From assembly GCA_009914755.4 (NCBI GenBank), contig CP086569.2:320001-384000 (forward strand): 64,000 nt of DNA, read 5' to 3'. Of this stretch, positions 14,431 through 30,087 are shown piece after piece. The number at the start of each line of letters is the position of its first letter. The first letter of the stretch is position 1. The notes under the pieces are model-generated. The model searched no databases, was not told where the DNA came from, and saw only the letters and a program-made list of their open reading frames with translations. The stretch comes from the human T2T-CHM13v2.0 reference genome, Homo sapiens. A program made the translations under genes and the position numbers.

Positions 14431-15637
14431 ATGCTCACCTCAACAGGCAGTATTCCTTGGACTCCTGGTCTGCAGACATCCTGGTTCCTCATTCCCTGAA
14501 ATTCTGCGTGGGACGTTTTTCCGCCTGGGCCTGAGTGACACTGGCTTTGACGTAGCTTCTAGGTGAAGATCAATGAAGGCCTCGGTGGGGCCCAATTTCT
14601 TGGTGGAAACTCATCCCGTTTCTGATAAAGGATGGCCCGGGAAGACCTAGAATACGGTGACACCACGTCCCTCTCCCCCGTGGGTCCCCGAACCTGCAGA
14701 TGACCACATTTTAGGAACCTTGTATCAGGAGCACGTCTTAATGTTATTACGTCTTTCTCAAAAACAAGATTTTGGATTCCTACGTGACACGGATCCTTCT
14801 AGGTCCGCCGGCAGCTATTTGACCAGGCTGTTATTTAAGAGAATGTAGATGATTCCCTAAACCTTCTAGCTCATAAAACGTGGATTGTTAAGATTGACTC
14901 CTTCAGGTAAAATTATTGGATTTCATATACCAACTGCTAAAAGGCACTATTCATAGTCTCAAACGGCTTGCGGGAAAAGCTGTTCTAATTTACGTTCCTG
15001 CCGGCAGAGCGAGAGGTCGCCCGGGACTTACGCTGTGATGAACATTGAGGTTCATTTTAAAAAGAAAATGAGGAATTCTGCAAATTTCATAGTTTCAAAA
15101 CGGCATCCATTGTTTTGACTTGGCATTTAAAGAAGACTTTTTAGTGGGGGACAATTCTTTTTCATGTTTACAAGCCATGTGTGTTTCTCTTTTGTAAATT
15201 ACTTGAGATGTTTGCTTATTTTTCCAGTGTTTACCAGTTCTTAGGGCCCTGAACTTCAGAGTCACACAGAACTGGGTTTGAATCCAAACACAACACGACA
15301 ATTTACTAGCTCCGTTTCTCCGGAGAAGTTAATTTATGCCTTTAATTTTCACTTTCTCCGTCTGTAGCAAATTGCCTAGAGTTTTTATGACATTTAAACC
15401 AGATAATATATGTACATTGAGTAGCACAGAATTTTAATGCACAGAAAGCATTCAATAAATAGCAATCATTCTTGTTGATTTGTAAGAGCTCTTTATATAT
15501 TAAGGACACAGGCTCTTTTATCATTGGCATATTTTATCAATATTTTTCAACTTCTTTTATGCTACTTGAAATTGTTTTTTAAACCTAAAGAGTTTTAAAA
15601 TTGAATGTAGTCAAATTGATCAGTCTTGTTCATATAA

Positions 15638-16007
<370 letters not shown>

Positions 16008-16030
16008 TGAAGCTACATTTCATGACTTAA

Positions 16031-16359
<329 letters not shown>

Positions 16360-16370
16360 ATGTACTTTTA

Positions 16371-16730
<360 letters not shown>

Positions 16731-16734
16731 AAAC

Positions 16735-17125
16735 ACAAAGAGAAAGAGAAGAAAGAGACAGGATGGAAGGAAGGAAGGAAGGAAGGAAGGAAGGAAGGAA
16801 AAAGAAGAAAGAAAGAAAGAAAGAAGAAAAGGAAGGAAGGAAAAAGAAAGAGACAGAGGGGAAGAAAGGAATGAAAGAAGAAAAAAGAAAGTAAGAGAAA
16901 GAAAAGAAAGAAAGAGGAAGAAAGGAAGGAAGGAAAAAAGAAAGAAAGAGACAGGAAGAAAGGAAGGAAAGAAGGAAAAAAGAAAGACAAGAAAAAGAAA
17001 CGAAGGGAAAGGAAGAAAGGAAGGAAGGAAGAAAGAAAAGAAAGACAAAGACAGAAAGGAAGAAAGGAAGGAAGGAAGGAAAAAGAAATGAAAGAAAAGA
17101 AAGAGAAAAGAGAGACAAAAAGGCT
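16735..17125. repeat. (GGAA)n/(GAAA)n purine microsatellite/low complexity
   Basis: aggaaggaaggaaggaaggaaggaaggaaaaagaagaaagaaagaaag...; source of the K/E/R-rich and F/L/S-rich artefact ORFs 16531..17257. Confidence 0.95.
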
Positions 17126-17814
17126 GTAAGAAAGGAAAAGCAATGATGCCTCATACTGGATTAAGTTACCCATGAAATCTAAGCTTGGTTCCTTAAGCCT
17201 CGCCTCTTTGAAGAGGAATCCAATTCTGAAATGAATGACACTTTTGGGGGGCCTCATGCCATGGGGAGCTTAGATTGTCTTTGAAACTGGCCTCTGAGTT
17301 GAAATTCCAGGTCCTACCCTTTCCTGCTCAGTCCTCAGACAATTTATAAAACTTGCCTAAACTCACATTTTTATCTGGTAATTTGTGACTTGCAGAATGA
17401 ACGCAAGAAAACAGAGACGACATTGTAAAGTAGCTGGCCATCGTATTTTTCTTGGAAGAGACAGTATCCTTAAATTAATGCTAATATTTTAAACACTGGC
17501 CCACTGATCATGAACACCCAATTCCTGGGTTCCTTGAAATATTTTTGGAAGGGGCGGCCAACCCGTGCCTTCATTCTTGCCCAACACCAGTGGGCTGGAT
17601 GGGATGTTCGCCGCAGTCTCCACTGCTCCCCGATGTCTCTCTCACATCAGGCCTGCCTTACTGACCTGACCTGCCTCCTCCTGCAAGCATTTGAGTCTGG
17701 AATTTTTTTGATGTGCAGAAACAATGCCTGTAAAACACCCAGTACAGGGGTGCTGAAGACATGTTCGTTCAACATGAGCTGAAGCATTCTTAGAGGCAGG
17801 TGCTGGTACACCCA

Positions 17815-18855
17815 CATGCACTGGAGACTCTGAGATGAGCATTGCAGACTCTGAGATGTGCACTGGAGATTCTGAATGGGCATTGGAGACTCTGAGATGG
17901 ACACTGGAGGCTCTGAGCTGTGCTTTGGAGATTCTGAGATGCGCATTGGAGACTCTGAGGTGTGCATTGGAGACTCTGAGATGGACACTGGAGGCTCTGA
18001 GCTGTGCTTTGGAGATTCTGAGATGTGCATTGGAGACTCTGAGCTGTGCTTTGGAGATTCTGAGATGTGCATTGGAGACTCTGAGATGGGCACTGGAGAC
18101 TAAGATGTGCATTGGAGACTCTGAGGTGTGCTTTGGAGACTCTGAGATGTGCTTTGGAGACTCTGAGATGTGCTTTGGAGACTCTGAGGTGTCCATTGGA
18201 GACTCTCAGATGTGCATTGGAGACTCTGAGATGGGCATTGGAGATTCTGAGCTGTGCTTTGGAGACTCTGAGATGGGCACTGGAGATTCTGAGATGTGCA
18301 TTGGAGACTCTGAGATGGGCACTGGAGACTAAGATGTGCATTGGAGACTCTGAGGTGTGCTTTGGAGACTCTGAGATGTGCTTTGGAGACTCTGAGGTGT
18401 CCATTGGAGACTCTCAGATGTGCATTGGAGACTCTGAGATGGGCATTGGAGATTCTGAGCTGTGCTTTGGAGACTCTGAGATGGGCACTGGAGACTCTGA
18501 GATGTGCATTGGAGACTCTGAGATGGGCACTGGAGACTCTGACGTGTGCTTTGGAGACTCTGAGATGGGCATTGGAGACCCTGAGGTGTGCATTGGAGAC
18601 TCTGACGTGGGCATTGGAGACTGAGATGGGCATTGGAGACTCTGAGATGTGCTTTGGAGATTCCGATATGTGCATTGGAGACCCTGAGGTGTGCACTGCA
18701 GACACTGAGGTGTGCATTGGACACTCTGACGTGGGCACTGGAGACTGAGATGGGTACGGGAGACTCTGAGGTGTGCATTGCAGACTCTGAGGTGTGCTTT
18801 AGAGACTGTGAGATGGGCACTGCAGAGGCTGAGGTGTGCTTTGGACACTCTGGTG
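17815..18855. repeat. 21-bp minisatellite (tggagactctgagatgtgcat and variants), ~50 copies
   Basis: Unit length 21 (multiple of 3) keeps all frames open; variants gggcactggagactctgag / ctgtgctttggagattctgag. Confidence 0.95.
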
Positions 18856-19359
18856 TTCCAGTATGATGTGATTGCTTTTCAGAGCGGCAGACAGGATGTC
18901 CAGCTGGAGCCGGCCAGCAGCAGGACGCTGACTGTGCGTGAGTGATGCAGCCGCGATTGGTGTTGACGGCCGGCGCGGAACACTCCATCTACATGCAGGT
19001 GCTAAGTGAGCCCTGGGGAGAAGGTGACCTGAATACTTGCCAACTGTTCTTTAGAAATTTCTTTAAATGGAAAATATGATTTAGGCAATGTTAAAAAAAA
19101 AACAAAACCAGACAGAGTCCCAGGATATTAGCACATGGCTCAGAAGACCGGACGCAGAAGGAGGAAAAGTCATGCTCTTTGCCAAGCCCAGTGCTAACTA
19201 GACCTTAAACCTGGGCGAATGCACCCATAACGTGGGTGTCTCCACGCCTTCCGTGCAAACTGTGTGTATTTGACAGATGAATGGTTTGTCTCTGGGATGA
19301 TACTTTTCTGACAGTGCAGCCTGCAGATAACATCTAATGAGGGGAGAAGGATTATGTGA

Positions 19360-19884
<525 letters not shown>

Positions 19885-20027
19885 TTTTTTTTTTTTTTTT
19901 TTTTTTAAGTAAAGACAGGGTTTCTCCATATTGGCCAGGCTGGTCTTGAACTCTTGACCTCAGGTGATGCACCTGCCTTGGCCTCCCAAAGTGCTGGGAT
20001 TACAAGCGTGAGTCACTGCGCCCGGCC
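19885..20027 (-). mobile_element. Alu left-monomer-only element (FLAM-like or right-arm-deleted Alu, minus)
   Basis: poly-T22 + aagtaaagacagggtttctccatattggccaggctggtcttgaactcttgacctcaggtgat...gcgtgagtcactgcgcccggcc. Confidence 0.8.
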
Positions 20028-20399
20028 CGAGGTGTCTTATGAGTGGGCAGTGGACTGTGGCTCAGCTCTGGCCCACCTGAAGGTGAAGAGAGGTGGCTTT
20101 CTGGCCCTGGGATTAGTCCTGCCTTGTACAAATCTCCACCTCCGAAGGAAGGAAGAACAAGGGATTTATAGAGATGCCTTTGGGAGCTTCAGAAGAAAGA
20201 GGGTGTAATCTTGCTGGTTGATATAATTTTGGATGAAGGCACTGTCCTCCAAGCTAACAAACACACAGGACCAGAGAGAAGGACGGAGGAGATGGGGTTT
20301 CAGCGAGGGAGGTGGGAGAACAGGCCTGGCCTGTTGGGGGTAGAACGTAGAAGAAAAGGGCAATCTGAGAGATGAACAGGGGACGGTATTAAGTGCGTG

Positions 20400-22199
20400 C
20401 CCCCACACACATGCGCACATGTCCGGAAGGCAAGCACACACCCACCGTCATGAGCCCTCACGTGCAGGTGCATGCACGCATTCTTGCAAACCCCACACAT
20501 GCACACAAGCCCATATGCATATATGTGTACAGAAGGCAAGCACACATTCACAGTCATGAGCCCTCACGTGCAGGTGCATGCACGCATTCTTGCAAGCCCC
20601 ACACATGCACACAAGTGCATATGCATATACATGTACAGAAGGCAAGCACACACAGCCATGAGCCCTCACGTGCAGGTGCATGCATGCATTCTTGCAAACC
20701 CCACACATGCACACAAGCCCATATGCATATATGTGTACAGAAGTCAAGCACACACTGATAGTCATGAGCGCTCACATACAACTGCATGCATGCATTCATT
20801 CAAGCTCCCACATGCACAGATGCACACAAGTATCTCTGCACAGAGGTGTACAGAAGGCAAGCACACATTCAGTCATGAGCCCTCACGTGCAGGTGCATGC
20901 ACGCATTCTTGCAAACCCCACACATGCACACAAGCCCATATGCATATATGTGTACAGAAGGCAAGCACACACCCACAGCCATGAGCCCTCACGTGCAGGT
21001 GCATGCATGCATTCATTCAAGCCTCCACATGCACACAAGCCCATATGCATATATGTGTACAGAAGGCAAGCACACATTCACAGTCATGAGCCCTCACGTG
21101 CAGGTGCATGCACGCATTCTTGCAAGCCCCACACATGCACACAAGCCCATATGCATATATGTGTACAGAAGGCAAGCACACACTGATAGTCATGAGCGCT
21201 CACATACAACTGCATGCATGCATTCATTCAAGCCCCCACATGCACAGATGCACACAGGTATCTCTGCACAGAGGTGTACAGAAGGCAAGCACACATTCAC
21301 AGTCATGAGCCCTCACGTGCAGGTGCATGCACGCATTCTTGCAAACCCCACACATGCACACAAGCTCATATGCATATACGTGTACAGAAGGCAAGCACAC
21401 ACCCACAGCCATGAGCCCTCACGTGCAGGTGCATGCATGCATTCTTGCAAACCTCACACATGCACCCAAGCCCATATGCATATATGTGTACAGAAGGCAA
21501 GCACACATTCACAGTCATGAGCCCTCATGTGCAGGTGCATGCACGCATTCTTGCAAGCCTCACACATGCACACAAGCACATATGCATATACGTGTACAGA
21601 AGGCAAGCACACATTCACAGTCATGAGCCCTCACATGCAGGCGCATGCACGCATTCTTGCAAGCCCCACACATGCACACAAGCACATATGCATATACATG
21701 TACAGAAGGCAAGCACACACAGCCATGAGCCCTCACGTGCAGGTGCATGCATGCATTCTTGCAAACCCCACACATGCACACAAGCCCATATGCATATATT
21801 TGTACAGAAGTCAAGCACACACTGATAGTCATGAGCGCTCACATACAACTGCATGCATGCATTCATTCAAGCTCCCACATGCACAGATGCACACAAGTAT
21901 CTCTGCACAGAGGTGTACAGAAGGCAAGCACACATTCAGTCATGAGCCCTCACGTGCAGGTGCATGCACGCATTCTTGCAAACCCCACACATGCACACAA
22001 GCCCATATGCATATATGTGTACAGAAGGCAAGCACACATTCACAGTCATGAGCCCTCACGTGCAGGTGCATGCACGCATTCTTGCAAGCCTCACACATGC
22101 ACACAAGCCCATATGCATATACGTGTACAGAAGGCAAGCACACACAGCCATGAGCCCTCACATGCAAATGCACATGCACATACACGCACAATGCAAAGC

Positions 22200-22200
<1 letters not shown>
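20400..22200. repeat. ~105-110-bp tandem repeat (..catgcacgcattcttgcaaaccccacacatgcacacaagcccatatgcatatatgtgtacagaaggcaagcacacattcacagtcatgagccctcacgtgcaggtg..) with higher-order variant unit
   Basis: ~16 copies; a distinct variant unit (tacagaagtcaagcacacactgatagtcatgagcgctcacatacaactgcatgcatgcattcattcaagc) recurs at ~20745, ~21165 and ~21810; source of the H/C/T-rich artefact ORFs. Confidence 0.95.
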
Positions 22201-22843
<643 letters not shown>

Positions 22844-23438
22844 GGGACGCGCTGGGCAAGGGGAAGTTGTTAGAAGCCCTGAGTCCCACACATGAGGGTC
22901 CTGACAACTTTTCTTCGTGATTCCGTATTTTAAAAGTAAATCTCCTTTCTGGGAACTTTTAATACCATTTTGGTTACGCGTCTAATCCACCTGCTCCTTA
23001 ACCAGAAATGGTAATCACGTGGAAATCACTGCCAAACTATGATGTCCAATTAAAATTCAGGTTATTTTGTGGGAGGCAAACGCACCCCCCAGCCTCTCTC
23101 TTTTTAAACCGTCATCTTACAAATCCTCTGATAGAAAGTTCGGGCTGTTTTGAGGGAGAGCTCGTCATCAAGAGCCATCTGGCTTCCTCAGTCATGACAG
23201 ATTAAAATAGGATACAGTATGAAAGCTTTGCCACCCCTCCAGGGGCGAAAGAAGTCACTGGGGGAAAGAGGTAATTAAAAGATCCCCTTGCAGAGACGGG
23301 CTCTGAGAGGGACCCTGGCACTCACCAACGGCAAAAAACTCATTTTCCAGAAGAGAGCAGGCCCCGGCCGGCCGGACATCGATGGCCTCGGAGCCACTCT
23401 GTCTCCTTTGGGGATGAAGGTGGGCTGGCTCTCGTAAC

Positions 23439-23508
23439 CCCTTAGCTTTGTCTGGCCAGCACCCTTGGCTTTGTCTGGCCAGCACCCTTCTCTCCGTCTG
23501 GCCAGCAC
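23439..23508. repeat. 23-bp tandem triplication (tctggccagcacccttctctccg)
   Basis: gtctggccagcacccttggctttgtctggccagcacccttctctccgtctggccagcacccttctctcc. Confidence 0.85.
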
Positions 23509-23744
23509 CCTTCTCTCCTCCTGTCCATGGCCATCAAGCGGCCAGGACTTGATAGCCGTGGAAATTGCACCTGATGAAATGGACGTAATGAGTGTCATGA
23601 AGAAACAGGATTGTTTCTCCCCAAAACAGGAGGTCGCAAGGATGTCTCGATTTTCAAAGCCTGCAAGGAAAAAAGGTGACATTCCCCGTCGTGGGACATC
23701 CCCTCGCAAGGAGCCGACTCATGATTCCCACCTAGATAGTAAAT

Positions 23745-24102
<358 letters not shown>

Positions 24103-24321
24103 TTACCGCTCCGTAACTGACACGAACGATGCCGGAGAGCTGGGAGCTGGGAGCTGGGTGCCCAGCCTTGGAGGCGTGCTCCAAACCACACCTCCCTTTT
24201 GAGCTTGGCTGGTATGTAAACGATTGGAAGGATAGTTAATCAAGCAATTCCTCCATCTCACCTAAGTGAACCCAGAGATATTTATTTTCTCTCTCTATAA
24301 AGGTGTTCACTCCCCAACTGT

Positions 24322-24455
24322 TTTTTTTTCTTAAAATGCAGATGGGATCTTGCTACGTGGCACAGGCTGGTCTCAAACTCCTGGGCTTAAGAGATCATCT
24401 CACCTTGGCCTCCCAAGTAGCTGGAACTGCAGGGGCACGCCACCACACCTGGCTA
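24322..24455 (-). mobile_element. Rearranged/partial Alu fragment (minus)
   Basis: poly-T + ...gctggtctcaaactcctgggcttaagagatcatctcaccttggcctcccaagtagctggaactgcaggggcacgccaccacacctggctaat. Confidence 0.7.
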
Positions 24456-24945
24456 ATATGTATATATTTTATATATTACATACATATTATATATGACACA
24501 TATTATATATACTACAGATATATATGTTATATTACATACATAATATACCATATACATTATATTGCATATATAATATACATTATACTACACATAATATGTA
24601 ATATATTACATATATAAAATATAAAATATATAATGTACACATACATAACTTACATATCACATATATAACACATATATAACACATATATAATATGCAATAT
24701 AATATACATGTAATATCTAATATATGTAATATATGCAATAATTATATACATGTAATATATGCAATATATATTTTCATATTATATTTTTATATATAAACCT
24801 ATATTTATAATATATATAAACCTATATTTATATATAATATATAAACCTATATTTATATTAATATATAAACATATTTATATATATTTTTATATTATATATA
24901 AACCTACAAATATATATTTATATATATATATTTTTTTTTCAGATG
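24456..24945. repeat. (TA)n/AT-rich complex simple repeat (atatatta / tatatgt units)
   Basis: ~490 bp of A/T-dominated sequence with tatata cores; source of the Y/I-rich ORFs 24303..25313. Confidence 0.9.
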
Positions 24946-25263
24946 GAGACTCCCTCTGTCACCCAGGCTGGAGTGCAATGGCGTGGTCTTGGTTCACTGC
25001 AACCTCCACCTCCCAGGTTAGAGATTTTATATATAAAAAATATATAGCTGGAACTGCAGGTTCGAGTGATTCTCTTGCCTCAGCCTCCCCAGTAGCTGGG
25101 ATTACAGGCGCCCGCCACCACGCCCAACTCATTTTTGTATTTTTAGTAGAGATGGGGTTTCACCATGTTGGCCAGGCTGGTCTCGAACTCCTGACCTCAG
25201 GGGATCCACCCACCTCAGCCTCCCAAAGTGCTGGGATTACAGGCGTGAGCCACCGTGCCCAGC
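24932..25263 (-). mobile_element. Alu SINE (minus) carrying a ~35-bp AT-rich internal insertion
   Basis: tttttttttcagatggagactccctctgtcacccaggctggagtgcaatggcgtggtcttggttcactgcaacctccacctcccaggt[tagagattttatatataaaaaatatatagctggaactgcagg]ttcgagtgattctc...gagccaccgtgcccagcc. Confidence 0.9.
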
Positions 25264-25284
25264 CCAAAGTGATTTTTTTTTTAA

Positions 25285-25721
<437 letters not shown>

Positions 25722-26329
25722 TGAGCTGCTGTCTGGGGCTGTCAAAGCCACGTTGCTCACCTGACCAGGTAAGTCTTGGCTTGGACTGTTTCCCAGGACA
25801 AATAACAGGTGTTTTCTCCCATTCCCTGCCCTGAGACATGGGAGTGTCTTTGCTGGAATTATAGCAACTGTGAGCCTCTTCCTGGCCGTCCTGTCGCCTT
25901 GGAGTCTTAAGGGAAGGCGCACACGTTATCACAAAGCATATGCATTTGCCCCTGGGCCCCAGAGGTGCTGGATTATGGGGGTACAGGGAAAAGTCTGTCC
26001 ACACCCCAGTCTTCTGGGATCCATAGGCCAGGGAGAAATCCTCCTTCTGTCTCCGAGAGTCTGACAGAGACAGCATGTCATTATCTTAACAGCTGTAAAT
26101 CCCAATTATTTCTGAGGCAGAAAATGCACTCTAAAATATGCATGCTTATTTAAAAAAAGAGAAAGAAAAAAAAAACCCTCAAAGATTGCAGTCGTGTTGC
26201 TATAATTTAGAGCCCTAAACCTCAGAACCTCCGGATGAGTCTTCGGCTTGATATTGTGAGACCGGCTCTTTCAATCTTGGAGGGATATCTCAGCAAATGC
26301 TCCTCTTCCCGTTCTCTGCAAGTGGGGGG

Positions 26330-26520
26330 AAACCGCGGCTGACCCACGGGGTGACACGCAGCTGAATCATTCCAAAGGGAACCGGGGGCCGGATTGATCT
26401 GCGTTGGTCGCTAACGAAGGCTCGTAGGCAAAGCTCAGCGAAGTGGGCTCGGCGGACACAGGGTGGGCTCGGGGCCCCGGGGCCGGGCCTGCTGGTGGAG
26501 GCTGGGGATGTCTTTTTGAT
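26330..26520. other. CpG-rich / GC-rich unique segment (CpG-island-like)
   Basis: gggggccggattgatctgcgttggtcgctaacgaaggctcgtaggcaaagctcagcgaagtgggctcggcggacacagggtgggctcggggccccggggccgggcctgctggtgg; CpG density well above the human background. Confidence 0.5.
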
Positions 26521-26929
26521 TTTGTCGTTAGGAAGCCGTACCGTAGTCTCTCCGAGGCGTTGGGTGAAATTCACAGATTTCATCTTCCGTGAACTGTGGC
26601 TCACTTTTTGATATATATATATATATTTTTTCCCCGATTGCTTGATGTCACCCTGTGCTTTTTCCATAAGACAAATGCAAATGAGCCAGGCATTCTAACG
26701 AGGCGAGCCCTCGGAGGTGACCTCTTTCTGGGGAAGCTCCGGTCTGCAAAACCACGATGAGAGAGGAAAACGTTTTTTTTTTTTTGCAGAGAAAACTCAG
26801 GCCTGCTGTTTAATCAGGGCCTTTGCTGCGGCCGCTGCTCCTGCAGACACAGAGGCGTTAATGAGGCAAGACTAGTCCCCATGTCCCCACGTTGGAGGCC
26901 TGGGATGAGGATCCCTTCTCTGTCCCCCA

Positions 26930-28762
26930 TGTCTGCATCCCAGGACGCAGGTGGATCCGAGTCTGCTGCATAGACGGCCATTAGGTCCCAGGATGGAGCT
27001 GGATTCGAGCCTGCTGTGTAGACGGCCATTAGGTCCCAGTCCCAGGATGGAGCTGGATTCAAGCCTGCTATGTAGATGGCTATTAGGTCCCAGGATGCAG
27101 GTGGATCTGAGTCTGCTGCATAGAAGGCCATTAGGTCCCAGGATGGAGCTGGATTCGAGCCTGCTGTGTAGACAGCCATTAGGTCCCGGGATGCAGCTAC
27201 ATCTGAGCCTGCTGCATAGATGGCCATTAGGTCCTGGGATGGAGCTGCATTGGACCCTGCTGTGTAGACAGCCATTAGGTCCCAGGATGCAGCTACATCT
27301 GAGCCTGCTGCATAGATGGCCATTAGGTCCTGGGATGGAGCTGCATTGGACCCTGCTGTGTAGACAGCCATTAGGTCCCAGGATGCAGCTACATCTGAGC
27401 CTGCTGCATAGATGGCCATTAGGTCCTGGGACGGAGCTGCATTGGACCCTGCTGTGTAGAGAGCCATTAGGTCCTGGGATGTAGCTGCATCCGAGTCTGC
27501 TGTGTAGACGGCCATTAGGTCCCAGTCCCAGGATGGAGCTGGAGTTGAGCCTGCTATGTAGATGGCTATTAGGTCCCAGGACGCAGGTGGATCCGAGTCT
27601 GCTGCATAGATGGCCATTAGGTCCCAGGATGGAGCTGGATTCGAGCCTGCTGTGTAGACGGCCATTAGGTCCCAGTCCCAGGATGGAGCTGGAGTGGAGC
27701 CTGCTATGTAGATGGCTATTAGGTCCCAGGACGCAGGTGGATCCGAGTCTGCTGCATAGATGGCCATTAGGTCCCAGGATGGAGCTGGATTCGAGCCTGC
27801 TATGTAGATGGCTATTAGGTCTCGGGATGCAGCTACATCTGAGCCTGCTGCATAGATGGCCATTAAGTCCTGGGACGGAGCTGCATTGGACCCTGCTGTG
27901 TAGACAGCCATTAGGTCCTGGGATGCAGCTGCATCTGAGCCTGCTGCATAGATGGCCATTAGGTCCTGGGACAGAGCTGCATTGGACCCTGCTGTGTAGA
28001 CAGCCATTAGGTCCCAGGATGTAGCTGCATCCGAGTCTGCTGCATAGATGGCCATTAGGTCCCAGTCCCAGGATGGAGCTGGATTCGAGCCTGCTGTGTA
28101 GACGGCCATTAGGTCCCAGTCCCAGGATGGAGCTGGAGTCGAGCCTGCTGTGTAGACGGCCATTAGGTCCCAGTCCCAGGATGGAGCTGGATTCGAGCCT
28201 GCTATGTAGATGGCTATTAGGTCCCGGGATGCAGCTACATCTGAGCCTGCTGCATAGACGGCCATTAAGTCCTGGGACAGAGCTGCATTGGACCCTGCTG
28301 TGTAGACAGCCATTAGGTCCCAGGATGTAGCTGCATCCGAGTCTGCTGCATAGATGGCCATTAGGTCCCAGTCCCAGGATGGAGCTGGATTCGAGCCTGC
28401 TGTGTAGACGGCCATTAGGTCCCAGTCCCAGGATGGAGGTGGAGTCGAGCCTGCTGTGTAGACGGCCATTAGGTCCCAGTCCCAGGATGGAGCTGGATTC
28501 GAGCCTGCTATGTAGATGGCTATTAGGTCCCGGGATGCAGCTACATCTGAGCCTGCTGCATAGACGGCCATTAAGTCCTGGGACGGAGCTGCATTGGACC
28601 CTGCTGTGTAGACAGCTATTAGGTCCCGGGATGCAGCTACATCTGAGCCTGCTGCATGGACGGCCATTAGGTCCTGGGACGGAGCTGCATTGGACCCTGC
28701 TGTGTAGACAGCCATTAGGTCCCGGGATGTAGCTGCATCCGAGCCTGCTGTGTAGACAGCCA
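26930..28762. repeat. 48/54-bp minisatellite array A (ggccattaggtccca[gtccca]ggatggagctggattcgagcctgctgtgtagac), ~36 copies
   Basis: Units of 48 bp or 54 bp (with extra gtccca hexamer), both multiples of 3; generates the 669-aa and 646-aa minus-strand artefact ORFs. Confidence 0.95.
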
Positions 28763-29534
28763 AAATAAATAACAAAACTGTGTTGGCAGGCGGTGAGCGA
28801 CAGACGAACCACTGGGCTCTCATCCCGGCCGGCCCTTTGAGTTGTTTAAGTTCCTCTTGTACTTGAATTGTTTCCCCAGAACGAGGTGGATCAAAGTGTC
28901 ATACAGTAACAGCCCAGACAGACGATAGGTATGGCAGAAAAGAAAAAAACTAAAAAAAAAAAAAAAAAAATCGCATGGGAAGTTTCCCCGCCTCCTCTTT
29001 GGCCATTCTGTGCCCGGAGATCAAAGTTCTCATTTCAGCTCTAATTAAGAAAAACTAACACAGAGCCAAGGCCTTCTGGCTCCGAAGAGGGCCTTTGGTG
29101 GATCACTGCTGAAATCTTCCCGAGATTTAAATAATTAATATGACACCTTGAGCTCTGCACGGAGAAATTAAAAAAAAAAAAAACAAAAAAGGGAAAGGGA
29201 AAGGGGAGGAAGGGGGCCCCGTGTCGGAGCGGGGAACAATGGGATTGAGGATATGGCAGAGCATTTGTACCCCTGGATGCGTGCAGCCCTCCTTTGTCAT
29301 GCTAAAGGGGAACCTTTATTTTCTGTGGTCACCCCGGGTGCTCAGAGCCTCTAGGAGGATCCTTTCGGAAAGCAAGTCTGCTGTGGGGAGTTGGAGGACG
29401 CTCATTTAATGCTTTTTAATCCTGTTAATCCCAGGCAGAATGGCCATCCCCAGCGCAAATCCGGTCCCCAAAGCCCTCCCCGGCTTGCCAGAGCCAGGCT
29501 CCCTCCCAGACGCTCCCGGGAAGCATCTCTTCTG

Positions 29535-29700
29535 CGAGCCGGCCTGTCTCTGTGCTGTGTTCCCGGAGCCATCTGAGCCAGCACAGGCGACGAGAAATTA
29601 AAATCAGGCCTGGCATTGTGCTACGTCTCTGTGCTGGGTTCCCGGAGCCATCGTGAGCCAGCAGAGGCGACAAGCAATTAAAATCAGCTGCAAATCCTAC
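29535..29700. repeat. ~80-bp tandem duplication (ctgtctctgtgctgtgttcccggagccatctgagccagcacaggcgacgagaaattaaaatcag)
   Basis: Second copy ctacgtctctgtgctgggttcccggagccatcgtgagccagcagaggcgacaagcaattaaaatcag follows immediately. Confidence 0.8.
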
Positions 29701-30087
29701 GGCCGGAGCGTCCGGGGAGTGCAGGACGGGACCAGCCAGGCCTCGAACCCCCGTCCCTCTCGATGGGGTCGAGTCTGAAGATTCCTCCTCCTGCCCAGGA
29801 CTGTTCAGATCCTCGGTGGAGTGTGGACACGGATTAGTCGTCCACTGCTGCAGACGAGATCAGAGCCAAGCCTCGGTATTCAGTTCGTTACAACTTCATA
29901 AAGCCAGGTCGCTCCCCCTCTGCCTCTGTACGCAGGAAGAAAATCGATCGGTCTAATTTCATAGCTCAGCATAAAACTCGACGGAACCTTTGCAAAGGCA
30001 ATGATAAAAAAGATCCCGGAAAAAGCCGACAGTCTCCACGGCATGACGGCGCGGCCGCAGCTGAATAAACTCGGGGTGGGCGGCCAA

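Noticed and set aside
17642-18988. ORFs of 144-219 aa (SESPKHISESPMHI.., LETLRCALE..)
   Set aside because: These are 21-bp in-frame minisatellite artefacts.
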